Source: Gnetum montanum
Lineage: Eukaryota; Plantae; Gnetophyta
Assembly (NCBI GenBank): GCA_015680685.1
Contig: MNCI01000563.1
Span: forward strand, 1 to 64,000
DNA length: 64,000 nt
Direction of reading: 5' to 3'
A program made the position numbers and the translations under genes. The notes beneath the pieces were generated by a model. It had not been told where the DNA came from. It saw nothing but the letters and a program-made list of their open reading frames with translations, and did not search any database. This document shows positions 25,430-39,178 of this stretch, in pieces (positions within the stretch are counted from its first letter, which is position 1; the number at the start of each line of letters is the position of its first letter).

Positions 25430-28400
25430 TAGATTAGTCAATTCATTCTCATCCATGTTTACCAACTTGAATGCTCTATTGTCATATGCTTTGGTAACCA
25501 GAAAAGATCCTTCCCAATTAACTGAGAATTTATCTACATGTTTGCAAATAGTCTTGAGAACAAGGTCTCCACTTGTTTAGATCATGAAAATGTTGTTTTT
25601 TCTACTTCCTTTGATATCATTCGATGTTGGTGAGAATTTGTATTGATTTCTCTTCTACCAAATCCAGGTTAATAGTTTACAACTCATTGTTTTGTCCATC
25701 ATTGATGTAGTTAGATAGAGCTACCGTTAAGAATGGAACTTGCAATTCAAGAGGCAAAATAGTTTCAGATTCATAAATCAAGCTATAAAGGGTGGCATAA
25801 ATTGTGGTTCTAAAGGTTTTCCTATACGATCAGATTGCATACAATAGTTGTTCATGTCATTTACATTTGTCATTGCTTAGCATTTTCTTTAGGATGTTTC
25901 ATGATCTTGTTACTTGCTTTAGTTTGGCCATTGGCTTATGGATAATAAGATGATGAAAATGAATACTTAATGTTTAATCATTCATAAAAGGCTTGCATTT
26001 CTTGGCTACTAAACTATGTTTGGTTATTTGTAACAATGTATAGGGTAGGCCAAAATGGGATCTATTTTATCTAATATGAATTTAGAGACTTTTTGTGATG
26101 TTGTTTTTCTTAGAGGAATAGCTTTAACTCACTTCATGAAATACTTGGTTATAATGATGATGAAGCTATGCCCTACAAAGGATTTAAGAGTTATTGATCC
26201 AAATGTATCAGTTCCCCACGTTTGGAATGCCAACATGATCTGAGTGGTGTGTAACTCAGTCGATGGCATATGCATTAAATTGTTGTACCATTGACACATG
26301 TAACAAGTTTTTTCCTTTTGCAAGTAGTCACTTTCCATATAGGGACAATAATATCCTAAGCATCTAATCTTAGTGGCCATGGCTCTAGGTGCTATATGCC
26401 CCCCACATATGCCATCATGTACCTATTCTAGGGTCATAAGGGCTTCTTCTTTACTCAAGAATAGTAATAATACAACATCATAGGACCTTGGACATAATGT
26501 GTTATTGACTACAATGACATATTATTTTGATCATTTACATAAAACATCCTTTTCAGAAATAATTAGGTTTTGTGGGGGTTCACCATGCATGAGGTAAAAC
26601 TTGATGTCATCATAACACTCTTGTTGAGGCATGTTATCTATGATGGATATAGAATTATCTTGAGTGTTCTACATCATGGGAAGAGCATAATTTTCCATCA
26701 TGAAAGGTACTTTACTAAACACATCAAGCATCACACTTAGGGATAAGGTAGCAATGGCATCCGCTAAGGTGTTTTCAGCTCTGGGAATATGTTGTATGTT
26801 AACATCTAGAAACTTCAACAAAAGTGTATTGGCTAAATCATAGCAAGATTATAAATGTTTAGCTTTGCAAGCATAGACTTCAATCACTTAATTGACTACT
26901 AGTTATGAATCACCTTTTATCATTAAACATGTGAATCCATGATTATGAGCTATCATCATTCCTCTAATTAATCCTTCGTAGTTTGCCATATTTTTGGTAT
27001 ATGAAAACTAAAAATGATAAGTAAAAGGTTGAATCTCATGAGAGGGGAGAGTTATGATGACAACAATACTAGCTTCATGGGAAGTTGAAGCTCCATCAAT
27101 GTGCATGATGGCCTTATAACCTTCAGGTACATCGTTAATAATGTTAGTTCTATGATTGCATTATCCTATAATGGGGAAGCAATTAGTTGTGAAGCTATGG
27201 CTTGACCCTTTGTTAAGGTGTGGAACACATAATGTAGGTTAAACTCAGTTTTTATGGCTTTTCACTAGGTTATTTGGCTACTCTCATAGATATTGGTCAT
27301 TATAGCTCTTAGTACACTATCCTTGCATATGACATTGACTTGACTCCTAAAAAGGTAGTGTCTCTACTTCTTTAAAAAGAAGACTAGGGCTAGAAAATTC
27401 TTCTTAACTACAATGTATTGAGTCTCATAAGCTACTAATGCATGTATCAAGTAGCAGATAGGTAACTCTGCTCCATCATTTAATTTTTTATAGAGAAAAG
27501 AGATGTTTCATAGAATGCAAGGTAGATGTAAAATGGTTTATATTTTTTAGGGAGTACATGATAGAACTAGGACAACTCTTACTTGATACTATCAAAGGCT
27601 TCTTGGCATTGGTTAGTCCACTCATAGTGAATCCCCTTCTTGAGCAAGTGTTGCATGGGTTGTAGCTTATCCGTGAACCTTGAGATGAACCTACAAAAAA
27701 AATTGCAATCTACCTTGTAAATTTCATAGTTCTTTAAGGTTTCTAGGTGCTAAAAAATTAGTTATGACCTTAACCTTATCAGGATCAACTTGTTTTCCTA
27801 CCTTGGATACTATAAAACTAAGCATTTCCTAGGTTTTAACACTAAAGACATACTTCTTAAGATTAAGTCTAAGTTCATACTTGAGACATCATTAAAGGAC
27901 CAATTTTAAGTTACCTACATGGTTATTAGCTATCTTGGACTTTATGACTATATTGTCAACATAATCATTAAGCAAGCCTAGCATATAGTCACTAAAGATG
28001 TAAGTCATGGCTCATTGATAGGTCGCATCTACATTCTTCAAACCAAAGGACATCATTCTGTAATAAAAGGTTCTCCAAAGGGTCATGAAGGTTGTACAAA
28101 GTTTATTTTATAAGTTAATCCTAACTTGGTTGTATCCCAAGAACTCATCCATAAAAGATAACAAAGCATGGCTAGTCATAGTATTAATAAGTTGATCAAT
28201 ACTAGGTAGAGGAAAATCATCTTTAATTTTCCTTGTTGAGGTCATAGAAATCAATACATATATGAATGCTCTCATTCTTCTTAGGGACTACCACTATGTT
28301 GGACACCCAATCAACATAATCAATAACTTGAATGAAACTAGCTTAGTGAAGCTTCTTGATCTCATCATGGATTTCTAGGGCTAAATCTGGTATGATCTTA

Positions 28401-28834
28401 TGCACCTTTTACTTAATAGGCTTGATTCTATGATCAAGTATAATGTTATGTTAAACCAAGAATGGGTCAAGTCCTAGCATGTCTTTGTATGATAATGCCA
28501 ATACCTTAATGTTATCCTAGAGGGCCTTGGTGATGTCTTGAGCTAGTAGGGATTCGAGTGAGGAACATAATTTCAATGTTTTCTTCTCATCATTGTGGAT
28601 TATAACAAGATCTTCAATTAGGAAATCCTCTTTAATCTCTCTAACATTTAAGTTGAGGGTTTTTACTATGTAATTGGGTCATTCTAGGGAGTTCTCTATT
28701 AAAGCTATGTGGTCAAATAGGTTCCTAGGCTCAAGATCTAGGAATTTGAGGTCAATTGAGCATTCAACATCACCATAGGATTCATTCAAGATCAAGGGTA
28801 GGTTGAATTGTTCTCATACCTTCATAGCTTGATC
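25430..28834 (-). pseudogene. Element A pol: RT, RNase H, archaeal-type RNase H, integrase
   Basis: DDFPLPSIDQL, MSFGLKNV, aRH MHIDGAST...NYEGLIRG...KGDS*LV, integrase MATKIRCLGYYC...FQTWGTD, NWEGSF; heavily degraded. Confidence 0.85.
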
Positions 28835-28949
28835 CTTCAAGTTAAGAAGAACACATTAAGTAGCATTTGCATGATATAATTGTTAAAAAATGTTAAAATA
28901 ATGTAAAATACTACAATATCATAGCAAAATAATTCCAAAACAAAGCGAA

Positions 28950-29620
28950 ACAAGGTAAGAAAAAGCAAAATAAGGTTCAAATAATGTCAAAATGAGGTAA
29001 AATGAGGTTAAATAAGGTTGGATAGGGTGAAACTAGGTAGAAATGGGCCAAATAATGTCAAAATGATAAAGAGTAAGGATAAATAAGCACCAAATGAGGT
29101 TGAATGAGGCCTAAATGATGCCAAATAGCACCAAATGATATCAAATGATGCCAAATGATGGTAAGGTGAGGCTAAACAAGGTCAACTAACATCGGAATAA
29201 TGTAAGATGATGTCAAATGGTATCAAATGACACCAAATGATGTTAAAATGATATCAAATAAGGTCAAACAAGTCGAATGATGTCAAAATGATGCATAATC
29301 ATGTCAAAGCGATCCAAAATGGTATCAAACAATGTCAAATGATGTCAAAACAAGGAAAAATGATGGAGGATGGGGTCAAACAAGGTTAACTAATACCAAA
29401 TGAGGTCCAATGACATCAAATGATAATCTCAAACAATGTTAAAACATGGTCAAATGATATCAAATGCTATCGAATGAGGTCAAAATGAGGCTAAACAAGG
29501 CCAAATGATCTAAAATGAGGTCAAATGATGTTAAAAGGTACCGAATGTTGTTAAAATGATGTAAAATGGTGTTGAACTAGGTCAAATGACCTTGAATGGG
29601 ATTAAAGATGGTGTTAAATA
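28950..29620. repeat. Short-period (~10-11 bp) tandem array
   Basis: Iterated AAATGATGTC / AAATGAGGTC / AAACAAGGTC units. Confidence 0.8.
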
Positions 29621-31016
29621 ATATTACTTACTTTTCTTAGTCATTTTGTAATCAAAATAATCAAAAATCTAGTGAAGAAAAGCAAAATTTAGTGAAAATA
29701 GGTTATAAATTGTTAAAATAATGGGGTTTTGTGGTTAAACTAGTCAAAAAGGCCAAAAATTCCTATCTCTAGTGTGTGGGCATCATGTCACATGTCCAAA
29801 GTGTGGGGCTCCATCTCTCAGCATGTGGCTATTCTAAGATGAATTCCCAATATGTGATACATGAATTCCAAGCATGTGGGGATTTTTGACCAAGAGTTTG
29901 GCTTGTCTAGACTTATATGATAGCATATTGGCTATGTGGGAGATATTTATAGTTTTTTTAACCATTCTAGGCATTGTATGATCCATATTAACCAAGTCAA
30001 TCACTTGTTGATGTTCCACATGCTACTAGCATGTGGGACTTGGTTTCCTAGCGTGTGGGCAATCTAGCATGGATTTATAGCATCTAGAACCCAAACCCTT
30101 AATGTGTGGACACTTTTGAATGGATTTTTGACATGTAGAAATTTTTTGGATTTTTTCTAGGTCTAGTGGAACCATCCAGGCAGTGTATGAGGCTATATGG
30201 GCAACGTATGGTCTATGGTAAACAAGTTAGTTATTTATTTTTATCCCACATGTTGGCACAATGTGTGGAACTCATGTGGGTAATGTATGGGATAAGAACC
30301 CAATTTTGATAGCATATGACATCTTGTTTTTTGGTTAATTTCTCTTGCCCAATGTATGGAGCTCTTGGTAATTTTTTCTAGGGTTGTGGGACCCACCTAT
30401 CAGTTAATTTCACCAATCTAATAGTGTGTGGGGTCCCAGAGGTCAATTGCATATCCAAATGTAATGTATTTGTCAATTTTCTCACACATAGCATTTGGGA
30501 CATTTTTGTAATTTCTTCAATGTCTTGGAGAGGCCACTGGGCAACGTATGAGTAAGTTTGGCTAAGGAAATTGTGTGTTTTTTCTTCACACATTGCCACA
30601 ATATGTCGAACTCATGTGGGTAGCATATGAACCAAGATAATATTTTCCTTATGTGCCACATGTTTCCCTACATGCTTTCACAACATGCAGGACTTGGGTA
30701 GGTAGCGTATGGAGTTAAAACCCAATTTTTACTATGTGTAGAGGTTAGTTTCTTAGCATATAGTTCTTGTAGGTAGCATGTGGGCATTTGGAAGGGATTT
30801 TTTTTCCTTAAAACCCATTGTATGAGCTAATCTTCCCCTTAATTTCTCATTTATAGTGTGTAGAAGCTAGATTTGTGCTCATAAACCCAAACATTCAACA
30901 TTTTTCAATAATTTTTGCTCTTAATCATCTCCTATGCCTAATGTGTTGCATCAAACTTGAGAATTCCAAGCTTCTTTATGTCATAGTCAAGGTAAGATTT
31001 TCAGATTTTGACAATC

Positions 31017-34000
31017 ATGATGAAGAAGGTCATATCAATGAGCTAGAATCCAGTATTGGATGAGGTAGGAGAGGTTGTATGAATCGTTTCTAGGCTTCCA
31101 AATCCATCTACAAGAAAATGATCTTCGTTGGTGATTTTCCATTACCAATTTTCCCTCCATTTTCTTTGATTTTTGGCCAAATTATGGAAATTTTTTCCCA
31201 CCTCTAGGTTTTCTCTAGTTGAAATTTGGCATATCAACTGCACTAAATCTAAGATTTAGGCTTTTTGACTATGTTCGGATGAAAATTTGGAATTTTGGAC
31301 AACTATTGACAAAGATTCAAATTTTCTCCCAAACCCATCTGCAACATTGGTACCATATTTTTGTCTATTGTTTTTAAATATCATCATCTTTTCTAGCTTG
31401 TGCATGGATATATTTTTGAGTTCTGACTCATAAAACTATTGTTTGGGGTTTTCTAGCTGTATTGAATGTGGAATCAAATTGTTTGGATTTTTTTATGAAG
31501 ATATGGGTTTTTTCTCAATCCAATGCACAACACTCTATCCTATTTTTCAAGATTTTTGCAATTTTTTCATGGAAAAATTTGAAAGGTTTATGATTCTTTG
31601 ATAACATATGGTCAATGTCCAAGGTTCCTAGGGATGGAAAATTGAGTGTAGAAGGGTTTTAGATGAAGTTTGAATTTCTTAAAAAAAATTTCAGGCTTTT
31701 TATTGCAATCAATTTACTACAAACCAAGGTTTTTTAGCCAAAATTTGAGTAAGAATCGTGCTTTCTTGCACTTGTAAATGCAGTGTTAATGGTAAATTTA
31801 GGTTGTTTTGGCTATGTTCTTTACATCAATGGTCAAAAATAATTTTTAAAAAATTTTCTAAGGTTTTCCCCAACCTTTGGATCTTCATTGGTCAATTTTG
31901 GATTTTGGTTGTAAAGTTTTGGGCTTTTTATGGCAAGTGTTGACAGCATTTGGATGCTTAGGCTTTGATTTTGGTCATTATGGAGTTTTTCCAATTTTGT
32001 GGCCAATGTATGGTACTTTCTAGACCTAGTAGCATAGTGTATGAGGGGCTTTGGGATTTTCCGAAGAATGAATGGTAGTGTATAAGCTCCTGGAGCTACG
32101 AAACCTTGTGATTTTTGTTATTACTTTTTCCAAATTCCCAATGTTTAGGATTGTTGGGATATTTTACTAGTTGTTTGCTGAAAAAATGCATTCACCAAGC
32201 TCCAATGCTATCAATTTTGGCCATATGTTTCTATAGAAAATTAGTATGATGTCAACTATAAACAAAAATGTCAAACTTGGTGCTCCAGAGAAAATATCTT
32301 GTTTTCATGTTCATCAATTGTCAAATTATCAAACTAAGTTTGTATGTGCCAATTTATATGTAAAAGGACTAAATTTTGGTTTACATTCGAATGGTAATTG
32401 TGTTAGTGAGCTTGGTTATTTTTTGAATTTTTTGTTTAATGTCAATGGTGTCATTCTAGATGCCATTTTTTTTTGTACATTTTTGTTTTACTATTCTTGG
32501 AGGTCTAATTGTGGTAATTTTTTGGTTGTTTCTATTTGCAGGGCTCTACTAAAACCAATCTTAGCTATTGTGGAGTTAATGGGCATGTTGTGTTGCACTG
32601 GGATGGCTACCCAATATAGCTTAGCATCCAACATGAATATTGACAAACACACCTGAGTGTGGTTTAGACCCAATGCTAGAGAGTTTCTAATGTATTTTCT
32701 CCAACATTATGGTGTGCTAATGTGGTCACACTTGGCTATGGATGTTGCCACTATAATTATAGAAACTCTTGTGGTAGGGTCCTCTAACCATGTCTTGCAA
32801 TTTATGGTGGATGATCCCAAAACTCAAAGAGAAATAGAGTTCAAAGAAAGCTTGTATTCTATGGATGTTCGACAATTATCACAAATCTAGGAGATGCTAA
32901 TATACTCATAGTATAACACTAACAACACCTTAATGTTGGGTCACAAAATAAACACTCTATTCCACAACCCTCCTAGGATTGTCTACCTACTAGAAGCATA
33001 AGCTTGGTTTTGGTTTCACATTTTTTTGTTTCTTTTTTTCTTCTATTTTTATGGTTATTTATTTTAACTTTTTTCATACTTTAATTTTGCAAGTACAAGA
33101 TGCATAGTGGAGGATTGGTGGCAAATGACCAAACCTTGTTTGTGGTTTGCATGGCTTTGAAGAAGTTTAGGCAAGGAGAGATCATAAAAGTGTAAGTGCT
33201 TAACCAGGTCAATGTAGAGTTTGCTAGGTACCTTATGTAATATTCTTGCATATACCAAAAGTATGTAGCTATGAATCATGCACATGAATTTTGAGCTCTC
33301 CAAGATTTAGGAGAACATGTACAAGTTCAACCCAAGGTTTCAGCTTTACCTAAGCCTACTGAGGAAAATTTGTTTAAACATGGCTAATATTTTTTAGCAT
33401 TTTTTGATTTTTTTATAGTATTTTAAGTTTTTATGGTTTTACTAATTGTATACAATGTAGAAGGCTAATGGACTAACTATGTTATGTTATAGATTCCGTG
33501 TGTGAGTCTACAATCATCGTGATTACTTCAGGTCATTGAAGAGAAGATTCTCCTCAAGTGGGATGAAGTACACATAGCACAAGAATGATTGGTAAACAAG
33601 CTCCTACAAACATCTAATAGAGGCTCACTAATGCAATCTTGTTTAACTTATTCATGCTACCTAGTCCATCCATATTGCAGGCTGAGATGTTGAATGTGAT
33701 TGACTCTTTTGACGAGGGGATAACCAAGTTTGTCACTCATGTCCATGATTTTTCCATTATTTTAAGTGTTAATGAGTCAATGTTTAGCGATCTTTTTGGC
33801 CTACCTTCTAGCGGTTTGAAGGTGGTTGTTACAACAGCGAAGGATGTAAGCCATAGCGAGGAAATGAAAAATTAGCTCAAATCCCCTCGTAATGTAGTGT
33901 TGTCTTTTTGTAAATGTGATGTCGATGAGGCAAATACTACTTATCCTCTTTTCCACTCTCAAGCCTTTACCATGCTACTGTGACAAAAGAGAATTATAGG

Positions 34001-36178
34001 GGTTTAATAGGCTTGGACTATGAAAAATATTTTGATCGATGGCACTAGATTTAATTAGGTTGGCTTTTTTATCACTATTCTAAGGGGTGAAATCCAAAAA
34101 CTCTGTGATAATCTTGATTTCATATACCATGTGCATTATACGTTCTTTGGTACATATCATAGAAGGTTCACAAAGTTCTTGGTGATTAAGAGAGATGGAA
34201 AGTGGGTAGCATGGGATTTATTTTAACTTTTCAAGCCTTGGGCTAAACACATTACCCATGTGATGTGCATCCAAGACCCACCCATGGAGGATGTTAGAGG
34301 GTCGTTGTTTGCTACCACTAAAAATGTTAGTGGTGTATGTGGTTTTTTTTCCTAGCACAAGGATTGAGCCTTGTGCTACACATGGCAATTTAAAAAGGAC
34401 AAAGAGGATTCTCACAGAAGTAGATGACACTACCAGAGAAAAGATGAAGAGGCCACAAGTTGAAGAAAACATTCTAGTTGCTAGACAACCAGCACCTAAG
34501 AAGCTAGCCATCAAGCTTAACAAGGCCAACCAATCTATTGGAGGTATGTATATGTTTTTTATATTGTTATTTTTTCAGTTTTTATATTATTTTGTTTGGT
34601 TATATTTTTCATTATATTTTTGTTGCTAAAACATGTTTACTAATATGTTTTATTTTTACTAACTTTGGCTTATTGTAGGAAGGAAATAGGATTTGGCTGC
34701 CCAAGCTACTGAAAAGGAGGAACAAACACATAAGGAAGAAGAGAAGAGGACATCCAAGGAAGCATTAGATGTCTTGGATTCCATCTTGGATGATATGGCT
34801 TCAGAAGGCAACCCTCCAATGAACTTGTCTCATGATCTTCCTAGTAACTTTTGGTGTCGTTTATACTTTTGTTTCAAATTTTATACATTCTTGTTCTAAA
34901 CTATATTGATTGTTATAGTCATTGCAATGCATAAGCCTCATCCAAAAACATCCACATCCACATTCCACACTAAACCTTAGACAAAGACTCTAGACAAGAT
35001 GGAATTCATGAAAGGAATCATGGATGATATGGTTGACAGATTGCAACAATTGGCTCCTAATGTTGGTAAGAAAAAATAAAATATTTTTGTCTTGCATTTT
35101 TGGTTTTTCTATATTTTCATTTTCATGTTTTATGGATTCATAGTTTTTATGTTTTTAAATATTTTCAATGTTTTTAATGTTTTTATGTTTTGGATGTGTT
35201 TTTATGTGATAGTTTCTAAAGTAAAATGGCATCCCATGTGAGATTTTTAGTTCTTATGGAGATTGTACAAAGGAGCTACAAATTATGTTGCATCTAATGT
35301 AAAAACATTTTGGAACTTCCAATGTTCAAACGAGTTCTTATGGAAATGCATTGTGGCATTGGAGAAGTAAAACAAGGAGTTGGAAAACAAAGTAAGAAAC
35401 CTCAAAGACCATAAGACATTCATAGAAGCCCATGTGATCAATAGGGATTCCTTTTGCACAAAGGAGATCAAGTGCTCTCATTATTGGAATGCTATCCAAA
35501 GGAAAGTTGCTCTAGCTAGGAACAACATGGAGGACATGCAGATGGAGCTATTAGTCTACAAAACTACGGATTGGCAAGATTACCATGCATGGATGTTAGA
35601 ATGGGAAAAGAAGCAAAGGGCTCACAAGCAACCATACAAGGCAAAAAAATAAGAACTATATAAAGTTATGGCACAAGGAGGCTATGAAGCAATAGAAATA
35701 TGTGTTCATGTAGGAAATAGGTGTAGAGAACACCTTTAGCAAGTTCAAGGAATTAGTGGTGGTTGTTGATTCTCCTACTACTTAGATCACTATAGCATTT
35801 GGGAAAACTTCTATGGCTACCTTTTCCCATGCTCCTTCTAAGTTGTCAAATATAGAGAAGGGAGAAATCTTGGTAGCAGTAGATCTAGGAGATATCGATT
35901 GGCCAACATGAGTGAAGAATATATTCTTCATAGGTTGAAGACCAGCCTTCGAAAATTCACACCTAAGAACATCACTCTTGAATATCTTGAGGTTTGCAAG
36001 ATTTTTTTTTTAAGTTTTTTGTTATATTTTTTTGTTTGATATTTTACTTGCTTTTTTTCTATTATGATTGTTTTATGGTTGTATGATTATGTTTATGATG
36101 ACTATGAATGTTCTTTATTTCTTATAGGCCCCAAGTGATGATGTTGATGATAATCCTCCTCCTTCCCCTATGGCTTGA
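31017..36178 (+). pseudogene. Antisense multi-exon gene inside element A (FCP1/NIF-like HAD domain + plant-transposon/PMD-like domain + coiled coil)
   Basis: Exon ~32542-32997: KPILAIVELMGMLC...VWFRPNAREFLMYFLQHYGVLMWSH...YNTNNTLML...HNPP. Later exons align with element B's gene (e.g. MEFMKGIMDDMVDRL, YWNAIQ...MQMELL...DWQDY). T-rich GT/AG introns; start codon tentative. Confidence 0.7.
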
Positions 36179-36714
36179 TTTAGCTACTAATAAACATGTC
36201 ATATTTTGTTGTTTTTTTTATATTCTTGTAGCTATTTTTATTTGGCTATCATAGCCTTAGAGACTATGTATTATTCTTATTTTGTTATCTATTGCATAAT
36301 GCAACTATGGCTACTATATATATATATATATTGTTGTTTTGTTATCTATCACACAATGTGACTATGGCCACTGTATTCGTTTTAGTTGTGTTAGATGTTA
36401 CTTTTTGGTTTTAGTTTAAAACTAGTTTTAGCTACTATTTTTAATTTTTAGTTTTTATATTTTAAAATTTTTTTAAGTTTTTAATGTTTTATGTTTTCTA
36501 TTTTTTTTTTGTTTTTTTTATGTAGACATAAAAAATAAACATAAGTTGTACATTGATGTAAAAATGTAAGATAAGGCAATGTAGAAAATTGATAAACATG
36601 ATGTAACAAAGTAATAATTGTTAAGAAAAATGTAAGCATGTAAATAAAAACTATAAACAAGGCTACTAATTAAATAGCCACACCATATGTACAAGGAAGA
36701 AAATGAGCAACATA

Positions 36715-37634
36715 TTTAATCATGTAACTACTTTCTAATCTTTGAAAGATTAGGGAATTTATAAGGTTTTTGTTACATGATCTTGTACTCCATGTTCCCT
36801 TCGTTTATGATACTAAATGGGAGCTCTTCCAAAAATTCATTCATAACCCCAATGTTGTTGGCATTGGCTTTGTTGGTTAGGTTGTGGTCCTTGGCTTTGT
36901 TTCAGGTTATAGAAGTTTCTTCTTGAAACTCCAGCTCAAATCCTTACTCAAACTCAACATTGTTGATAGATAAAGGAATTGTGCTATCTCCATGAATAAT
37001 AATTTCACCTTCCTTGTAAGGTAAATGAATCTCCTAGTGGATTGGGGGAAAAAAATACTCACAACTTGGCCAACCATGATCTTCCTAGAATTAAGTTGAA
37101 GCTTGGTATTTCTTTAATAACTAGGAAATCAAAAAATGTGTGGAATTGTTCCCTAGCCATGAAGTCTAACAAAATTGATCCTCTCACCACTATAAATAAC
37201 CCATTAAATGATTAAGTGAAAAGGTAGAGGTATTCTTGATGTGCTCAACTAAGCCTACACGTTTTACCATGGGAAAGGGGATTACATTTGTGGCTACTTC
37301 ATCATCAATGTGTACTCAGTGTAGTTTGTGCTAGCCAACTCTAATAGTTATGAAGAGAGGGGCTATTAACACTTCACCACTCTAAGGGTTGGTTTTCACC
37401 TCACTATCATAGAATATCAAGGGGGTTGGCATCATTTCTACCTTGGATGAGCATGGTACTATCATTGCCTAGATAGACTCTTCATTGGCTAGGATTTCCT
37501 CACTTACGGGAATGGAAGTAAACATCTTAAGTAAGGCTTCCTAGTGAGTAGGATAGCTCATAACTAAGTCATACAAGCTTAAAGAAGTATTCTTCTATTT
37601 TGATGAAATATTGGCTTTTGGTTCTTTGGCCACC
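36715..37634 (-). pseudogene. Element A protease region (end of gag-PR)
   Basis: VHIDDEVATNVIP, FNLILGRSWLAKL, IHLPYKEGEIIIHGD; parallels element B ORF 49115-49690. Confidence 0.8.
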
Positions 37635-37639
37635 ATGGC

Positions 37640-39178
37640 TGTAACGACGGAAAACGTCAGTCGCTGGAAACTACCAAACGAAAATCCGTGTACACAGTCT
37701 TAACCACAGATCCGTGCGAGGACCGTGCTAGAGAAAACGAATCCGCCGTGCCTTGAACACTCTTGTCGATTAGACAAGGACTTACTCAATCAGTAAATCA
37801 ACAAATATTGCGATAATATATGTATTATATAGATATTCCATGCAACAATTTGATTCGATGAATCATAAAAGGAGTAGAAAACGATGTAAATGAATTGAAA
37901 TAACGACAATGTCAATGTGACAAGGAAGATCAGATTTAAGAAGGATGTGCAATTCCAAGATCTATGTTTTGACTTGAAAGCTGAGAATATTGTATATAAA
38001 GTTCCAATGGCAAACTCCGCTTATCTTGTGCGAAGCATACACAAAATAACAAGAAAAATGTTCAATAGGAGCACAGAACGAAGCTCGGTCTACCTCGTAA
38101 GCCAAAGATGGGATGCAAGGAAGGTCAAGCCTGGATGTCTATCGATCAAATTTTTCTGATCAACAGATCTTGACAACCGCACCAGATGATCTCTCGATCT
38201 CTGATCTGCTCCCTTTTTGCCTTCGGTAGTCTCTACTCAAAACTGCCAATGATCACCAATGGAGAGAACTGTATTTTCACCAAAGGACTGATCGCTCCTG
38301 CTGCCAATGCTCAAGCAAATATCTTCTGTTTCTGCTCAAAAGGTGATAGTTGCCAAAAAATCCCAAGATGATCCTCTCTTTAGATCTTCACCAACTAGAG
38401 TATTTATAGGTTTGATAGTACATGGAGAAGGCACGGTCCTGATGACATGTATTTCAACCTTCAAAATACCATTGACTTGGCAAAATTTATGTTGAAACTG
38501 CTCATGTCACATCACGTCTTTTGGAAAAGGGGGCAAAGTACGCTGTCAACCACTTCTGCTGAAGCCACTTCACGTATTGTGCATGTGGATAGCAGGTGCG
38601 TATATGGTACTGCTTTAGCCAGCTTTAGGCTGTATTACACTCGTTTGTGCTGTGTCACGTGGTAGAGCGTAATAGAGCATGGAAATAGTTGATTCAAGCT
38701 GTTTTACGCTCCTTTACGCCGCAAAGCATAATAGAGCATAAAAAATGGTCAACTTTACAATAAATTACGCTTGCCTACGCTGTGTAGCGTAATGAGCGTA
38801 AAGCGACCAATCTGCAAAAAAGAAGAAATCAATCTGCTGCGCTTCCTTGGACTCTGACTTTGCTTTCCTTGAAGCTTGTTACGCTGCTCTGCGTAACGGA
38901 GCGTAAACTTAGCTCTGAACAAAAGACTTAGTAGAATTGCAATAAGTCTTAAACCTTAAACTTTGTCAAAATTATCGAAGTAAGTTACTTTTTGATATTG
39001 GGCTATGTTAAACAGAGTTACACTGAGCAACACTACACTATGTTGCGTAATGTAGCATAAAGAGAGAGATTCTATTTGCCTCTTTGCCTTATTTTGTTTT
39101 CTAGATTTCTGTCATGAACTTTTTTCCCATATAGTGAATCTTTGCCTTAGGCCGATTTGCAATTTCTATGGTGTTTTA
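37640..39178 (-). repeat. 3' LTR of element B
   Basis: TGTAACGA...GTGTTTTA; highly similar to 53173-54778. Confidence 0.95.

Noticed and set aside
37917-38665. Small ORFs in element B LTRs (also 53211-54069)
   Set aside because: No recognisable motifs; shared only because the LTRs are duplicates, and several are broken in one copy
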